Origin: Mantamonas sphyraenae STR306
Taxonomy: Eukaryota; Protista; CRuMs
Assembly (NCBI GenBank): GCA_026936335.1
Contig: JAPMXV010000027.1
Span: forward strand, 1 to 64,000
DNA: 64,000 nucleotides
Reading direction: 5' to 3'
Part shown: piece by piece, positions 58,819 to 64,000 of the stretch
Position numbering within the stretch: position 1 is the stretch's first letter
Layout: the number at the start of each line of letters is the position of its first letter
The notes under the pieces: generated by a model
The model's input: the letters and a program-made list of their open reading frames with translations, nothing else
Database searches by the model: none
Told to the model about the DNA's origin: nothing
Position numbers and translations under genes: made by a program

Positions 58819-60737
58819 TTCTTCTTCTTCTTCTTCATCATCGACAACAACAGCCATGACGACGACGACGACGACAACAACGACGGCCAACAAGACATCC
58901 GGAGCCCCGCCGCCTCCTCCACCTCCCACAAACATCAAAAAGAACCCACATGCCGGTGTGGGAAAGGTCACACCCATTCAAACTGAAAAGGCAGCCTTGC
59001 CGCCTCCACCACCGCCACCGCCCCCGGGAGGAAAGAAGAACACAGGGGCAGCACCACCACCACCACCGCCACCGCCCCCGGGAGGAAAGAAGAACACAGG
59101 GGCAGCACCACCACCACCACCACCACCTCCAGGAGGGAAAAAGACAGGAGGAGGCCCTCCTCCGCCACCGCCGCCTCCAGGAGGGAAAAAGGCAGCAGGA
59201 GGAGGGCCGCCGGGACCGCCTCCGCCTCCAGGAGGTGGTTTGCAGGCGGCAGCACCCGCGGTTCAGGCGCCCAAGAGCCCAGCGCCGTCGGCAAAGATGA
59301 AGCCGCTGCATTGGAAAAAGATCCACGCACGGAAGCTGGAAAACACAGTATGGATGGACATCCAGCATGAGGAAAGCGTTCTGGATCTGGACTCGTCGCT
59401 GCAGGAGCTGGAGGAGCTGTTCTGCGCAAACAAGCCGCGGACGGAGCAGGCGAGTGACACAAAGGAGGAAGGGGCAGGAAAACAGGCAGAGGTGGTGTCC
59501 AAACCCAAGGTGACGTCGTTCCTGGACATGCGCCGCTCGAACAACCTGGGCATCTTCCTGTCGCGCACAAAACGCTCGGCGGAGGAGATCAAAAAGAGCA
59601 TCTTTGAGCTGGACGAATCGGTGCTGAGCGAAGAGTTTGTGGAGGGGATGATCAAGTTTGCACCGGAATCGACAGAGCTGGAAATGATCCGCACGTACGA
59701 GGGCGACATGGACTTGCTGGCGAACCAGGACAAGTTCCTGCTGGCGATGGGCTCCATCCCGGCATTCACTTTGCGTCTGGAGATGTTCCAGCTGAAGCAG
59801 ACGTTCTCCGAGCAGATGGAGGACGTGAGTCACGGCGTGAATGTGCTGGAATTGGCTTGCCACGAGGTGACGGAGAGCAAAAAGCTCCGTCAGCTGCTGC
59901 ACTTTGTGCTCGAGGTGGGCAACTTTTTCAACCACGGATCGTTCCGTGCAGAAGCGGCCGGGTTCCAGTTGGAGGCGTTGGTGAAGCTGAACACGATCAA
60001 GGCACAGGGGAAGAGCCGCGTTTACGCTGCTCCACTTTTGTGCACAAAAGGCAGAGAAGGAGTACCCTGAGCTGCTGGAGATCGGCAACGAGCTGTCGCA
60101 CGTGGAAGAGGCGAGCAAACGGCCGCTGTCAGACTTTGTGACGGGGGCAGGCAAGCTCAAGGGCTCGATGACCAAGCTGGGCAACACGCTCAAGTCGATC
60201 CCGCGCTCAGACGGAGACCGATACCACGATCTGATGGGGGAGTTTTTCGACAAGGCAAACGAAGACACGGACAAGCTGGCCGAGAAGAGCCAGAGCTTGG
60301 AGGCATTGTATGTCCAGACGGCGGAGGCATTTGCAGAGGACCCAAAGAAACTGCCGGCCGAGGAGTTTTTCGGGCTTCTGCACACGTTTGTGTCGAGTTT
60401 TGTTCGATGCCACGAGGAGAACCTGAAGGAGCGGGAGCTGGAGCAGAAGAAGAAACGCCGCGAGGAGCAGCAAGCGAAGCTGTTGGGAAAGGGCAAGGGC
60501 AACGCAAGCAGCAGTGGAGGCAAGAAGGGAGGAGGAGGAGGAGGAGGAGGAGAGTCTGTTGGGGAGCGCAGCAGCGGCATGGGTGTGCCAAAGGGAGGAA
60601 AGGCCATGCCCGGGATGGGGGCTATGCTGGGGGAGCTCAAGGGGAACCAAGGTTTCCTGCGCAAGGCGAGCACTACGTTGCGCAAAGGACAGTTCCAAGC
60701 ACTGAAAGCAGCGCAACAGGAAGCATTGGAGCAGTAA
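56725..60737 (+). CDS. Formin with N-terminal FHA domain, GBD/FH3, FH1, FH2 and a WH2/DAD-like tail
   Basis: FHA motifs GR..ISSNH..DTSANGTWVNG; poly-Pro FH1; FH2 MKPLHWKKI, GNFFN..AAGFQL; intron ~57059-57191; +1 frameshift near 60017 restores FTLLHF. Confidence 0.92.
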
Positions 60738-60762
60738 AGCAACAACGATCACACAAAGCATC

Positions 60763-62596
60763 ATGTCGCGCGTCCCACCCCTGAAGATGTCCCGAAGTCG
60801 TAGTGGCGACCACGGAGGAGGAAACGGATCCAAAGGACGCGGGAAGCAACACTCGCATCGATCACACGAAAGCAACCATAACAACGAGGAAGCACGCTCG
60901 ACGAGCAGCCGCAGCTCGCGGCGCAGCAAGAACGGAGGAGAGGGCGGAACACGACATTCGCTTGCACCGACACAGTCGTACGAGATTACCGAACAGGAGA
61001 TTGAACAGGCCATCGAGGCGGGCGAACTGCCATTGGAGAACAGCTGGGTGTTTTGGTTTGACGGTGGCATGAAGCCGGGCATGGATACCAACAGCTTCCA
61101 ACTCAGCATGAAGCAGGTCGGGGCGTTCAACACGATTCAGGTGAGTTGTGAGGGCGGGGGGCGTGCATGGACTCTCTATGGTGCTGAGTGTGGGCCCATG
61201 GAGGAGCATGCCCAGTCGTAAGCGGCAGTGTGAGACTAACGCAACAAGGGACCTGGGCTTTGCGTTGCACCTTCGGCGGTTTTCGTCTCCGAAACCGCCG
61301 TGCTTGGCCTCCGATTTGTACACGCAGCAATTCTGGCGGTACTGGACACATCTGTCGGACGTGTCGCAATTTCCCAAGGGGAGCAACATGCGTATGTTCA
61401 AAAAGGGGATCCAGCCGACATGGGAACACCCGCGGAACCAGCGGGGTGGCAAGTGGGTAAGTTCGAGGCTGGATTTGGGAAAACGCAGGACACGTCACGG
61501 AGGAGCGACACGATCTAGTCTCACGTGTACGCATGCTCACACACACACGCACACCCACACGGCGGCTGCGGGCATGGGCATGGGCATGGCGTGGGAAACA
61601 TCGCAGATCATGCACTGCAAGAAAGAGTACACGGCCGAGGTGTGGAACGAGGTGGTGCTGGCGGTGATTGGCGAGCAGCTGGACAACAGCGAGGATCTTT
61701 GCGGCGTAGTGCTGTCCATGCGCCAGGACAGGAATGTGTTGAGTGTGTGGAATGCAAGTGGGCGGGACACAGTGACCATGGAGATTGTGGGGAGGCAGCT
61801 GCACGCCTTGTTCGACACGCACGTGTGCTTGACCACAGACATCGACTATCAGATGCACCGCGGTGCCCTGGAGTTTAACAGGTATCTTCAGCGTCACAAT
61901 GCGTCCGAGGTGAACCAGGAACTGTCGGAGAAGCTGAAACGCAACCGAGAGATTCGCGAGAAGATGAACTTTACGGGCATCGAGGGAGGTCTTGTGGGCC
62001 GTTTGAATCGCAACACCAGCGGCGACAGCACCTCGGAGCAGGAATCACCGCGACCGGATATGGATGAAACCGAAGTGGATGGCAAACTGCTCAATGTGTC
62101 CGATGCCGAGCCTCTGGACAGCGAGCACTCTTCGTCGTCGCTGGGCGATCCAGGCACACCAGAGGTGATCCGCCGCGTGCAAGAGGAAGGAGAAAAGGTA
62201 CAACAGGAGGAGGAAGAGCGCAAAAGGAAAGCATCGGCATCATCCACAGGGGCAACAGCGGCAGCAGCAGCACTGGCAGCAGCAGCAACTGAAGAGCCCT
62301 CCAGCAGCGGGCTGCGACAGCGTACTGGAGGGCACGTTGAGACTGAAAAGGACACCGAGGCAAAGAGGAGCTCAGAAAAAGGCTCAAACAAGGGCAAGGG
62401 CACGGAGAAAGGGTCTGGCAAAGGTAAAGGGAAGGGAAAGGGCAGCGAGAACAAGAAAGAAGAGGGAGCACAGGAGGCACAAGTGACCACAAGTGCAAGC
62501 AACAGTTCGACAGGGCCATTGTTGGTGCTGTTGTTGCTTTCATTGGCAGCGCTGGGAGGCGCTGTGGCGACCGGGTTGCTTCCGGCAAGTGCGTGA
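60763..62596 (+). CDS. eIF4E-family cap-binding protein with a long C-terminal extension ending in a hydrophobic helix
   Basis: PLENSWVFWF, FNTIQQFW, MFKKGIQPTWEHPRNQRGGKW, WNEVVLAVIGEQ, CGVVLSMR..LSVWN; introns 61141-61328 and 61457-61606. Confidence 0.9.
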
Positions 62597-62613
62597 CGAC
62601 GAGCACGCTTCTT

Positions 62614-63710
62614 TCATTGGTCCTTCTTCGCTGTGGCCGAGTCGGCGTCGTCCACAGCAGCGGGAGCCGTGGAGGTGGAGGTGGAGGTGGAAGGGGTGGG
62701 AACAGGGCTGCGGTTGCCAAAGAGGCGGCCGAGCACAATGCGGTTGAAGAGAGTGGAGACGTCAAAGATGTGAAGTCGAGCGGGGAGGGCGCGGTGGTGC
62801 TCCTTGAGCTTGCCTGGCGTGGCGTAGGCTGCCAGTACAATGAACACGGGAAATACAATGGCGTAGAAGCCATCGCTGACAAAGGTGGGGAAGAAATAGG
62901 AGAAGGCGGTGCAGGGCAAGCCGAACCCCAGAAAGTACTCCCAGCGCTTTTCGATGTATCGGATGCGCCTCTCAAAGGTCCACATTTGTGCAGACCACAG
63001 GTATTCGAAGCTGTAGTAGGCGTAAAGGTAGGAAAAGAGGAGAAAGGCCAGCAGTGAGCCCAGGCGGGGGATAAAGCCGACGACAAAGACCTGCACGAGA
63101 TAGCCGATTACGACCATCATTCGGTAAATCTCGCCGCTGAGCATATCGCGTACGCTGTGTGTGTGGAGCAGGGCGGGAAGAGGGGCATGGGAGGGGCATG
63201 TGGGATGCGCTGTGTGAGCGTGTGTGACGTCATTTTTGGACGGTAGAACGAGGCCAAGGCACACACGTACGACAGGTAGGCCTCTGTGGGTTTGTCGTAC
63301 ATGTGGGTGTACGTCTCATTGGCAATCTCTTGGTAGAACTGGGTGTTGAGCACAAAGCTGAGGATGTACACGGGCAACACCCAGAAGATGGTGAAGAGGA
63401 GGTGGAAGGTAGAGTCAAACACGGCGGCGGCACGCTCCTGATTGGCAAGCGAAAGAATCCAGTGCATGGCAGGGATGACCACGAGGCGCGCCAAGGCCAT
63501 ACTGCCGAGAAAGATGACGCCGTTGAGGAGGATGCAGCGCAGAAAGAGAAACTTGAGCTTGTGATGGTCTCGCAGCAACTCGACCAGCTTGCCAAAGTTG
63601 AGGGCGTCGCTTAGGCCATTTCCGAGCAGGGTGAGGTGGAGTTTGAGGCGGTACGGAAGTGTGTAGGTTGTGGTCTTGCGCGGGGGCGCAGGATCCACGT
63701 GATCTGCCAT
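62614..63710 (-). CDS. EI24: Etoposide-induced protein 2.4 (EI24) family membrane protein
   Basis: CILLNGVIFLGS, FWVLPVYILS..N..YQEIA, YAYYSFEYLW..RIRYIEKRWEYFLGFG..YAIVFP. Confidence 0.92.
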
Positions 63711-63836
63711 CTGCGGGGAGTGTTTGGGCTTTGTTTGGCCCCCGCGCTGCACCTTCAAAACTATTTTGGATCGTCGTCGACGTCTGCAGCCAGTCTGTCC
63801 CACGCATTCGTTTGAGCAAACACATAGTTTGGGATC

Positions 63837-64000
63837 ATGGGCTGTGGACAGAGCACAAGCAAAAGCAACAAGACGCACCCGGAGAACGGAGGCGGCGCAG
63901 GGGCGTCGTCGTCCGACGGCCTGCAGAAGCCCAGCGGAGTCACACGGGACAGCGGGGCGGCACGTGGAACGTCACAGTCACAGGATGGCTCGACTCCATC
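63837..64000 (+). CDS. 5' end of a gene with a dual-acylation-like N-terminus (MGCGQS)
   Basis: ATG at 63837, frame open to the window edge; MGCxxS myristoyl/palmitoyl motif; head-to-head with EI24. Confidence 0.55.
   Translation, partial: MGCGQSTSKSNKTHPENGGGAGASSSDGLQKPSGVTRDSGAARGTSQSQDGSTP

Noticed and set aside
44900-60030. Euplotes-like programmed frameshifting or an alternative genetic code
   Set aside because: No shared slippery-stop motif, shifts go in both directions, and all three stop codons terminate conserved genes normally.
17240-60770. General system of stop codons hidden in splice donors that fuse neighbouring genes (ANK-REP, COG6-CANX, formin-eIF4E can each be spliced in frame on paper)
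   Set aside because: A G before the stop is about as frequent in convergent genes here, and several AGs are usually available, so chance explains it. Only BRCA2-PAN3 needs the splice.
1-64000. tRNA, rRNA or other ncRNA genes
   Set aside because: None recognisable by eye; small intronic RNAs (e.g. in the RPS15A introns) would need an Infernal/Rfam search.

Overview
Left end of a chromosome from a very gene-dense, GC-rich unicellular eukaryote. It has TTAGGG-type telomeres, short GT-AG introns with CTCAC/CTGAC/CTAAC-like branch sites, and intergenic gaps often under 100 bp. After the telomere (1-54) come two tandem ~3.87-kb copies of an unrecognised gene. Each copy encodes four ~185-200 aa modules (A-B-A-B). 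The module framework is almost invariant, but three short patches are hypervariable, and one of them has the spacing of an HTH/winged-helix recognition helix. This is the best candidate for a new system: a modular, possibly re-targetable DNA-binding family. The rest is about 30 housekeeping or orphan genes: LRRC43-like, two head-to-head RPS15A, NDUFA2, ankyrin, REP/CHM fused to DUF952 and LRR, RABL6 fused to an ET domain, C2 protein, SAYSD1, Amun-like HhH, BRCA2, PAN3, calnexin, COG6, PFDN5, XPNPEP3, ARPC3, ACC, CTL/PNS1, FHA-formin, a putatively tail-anchored eIF4E, and EI24. A strand-composition skew independent of gene orientation reverses across the window: the + strand is C-rich up to ~37 kb and G/A-rich after ~55 kb. 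Several conserved genes carry single-base frameshifts, most likely long-read consensus errors. All gene calls come from motif recognition by eye; no database search was run.
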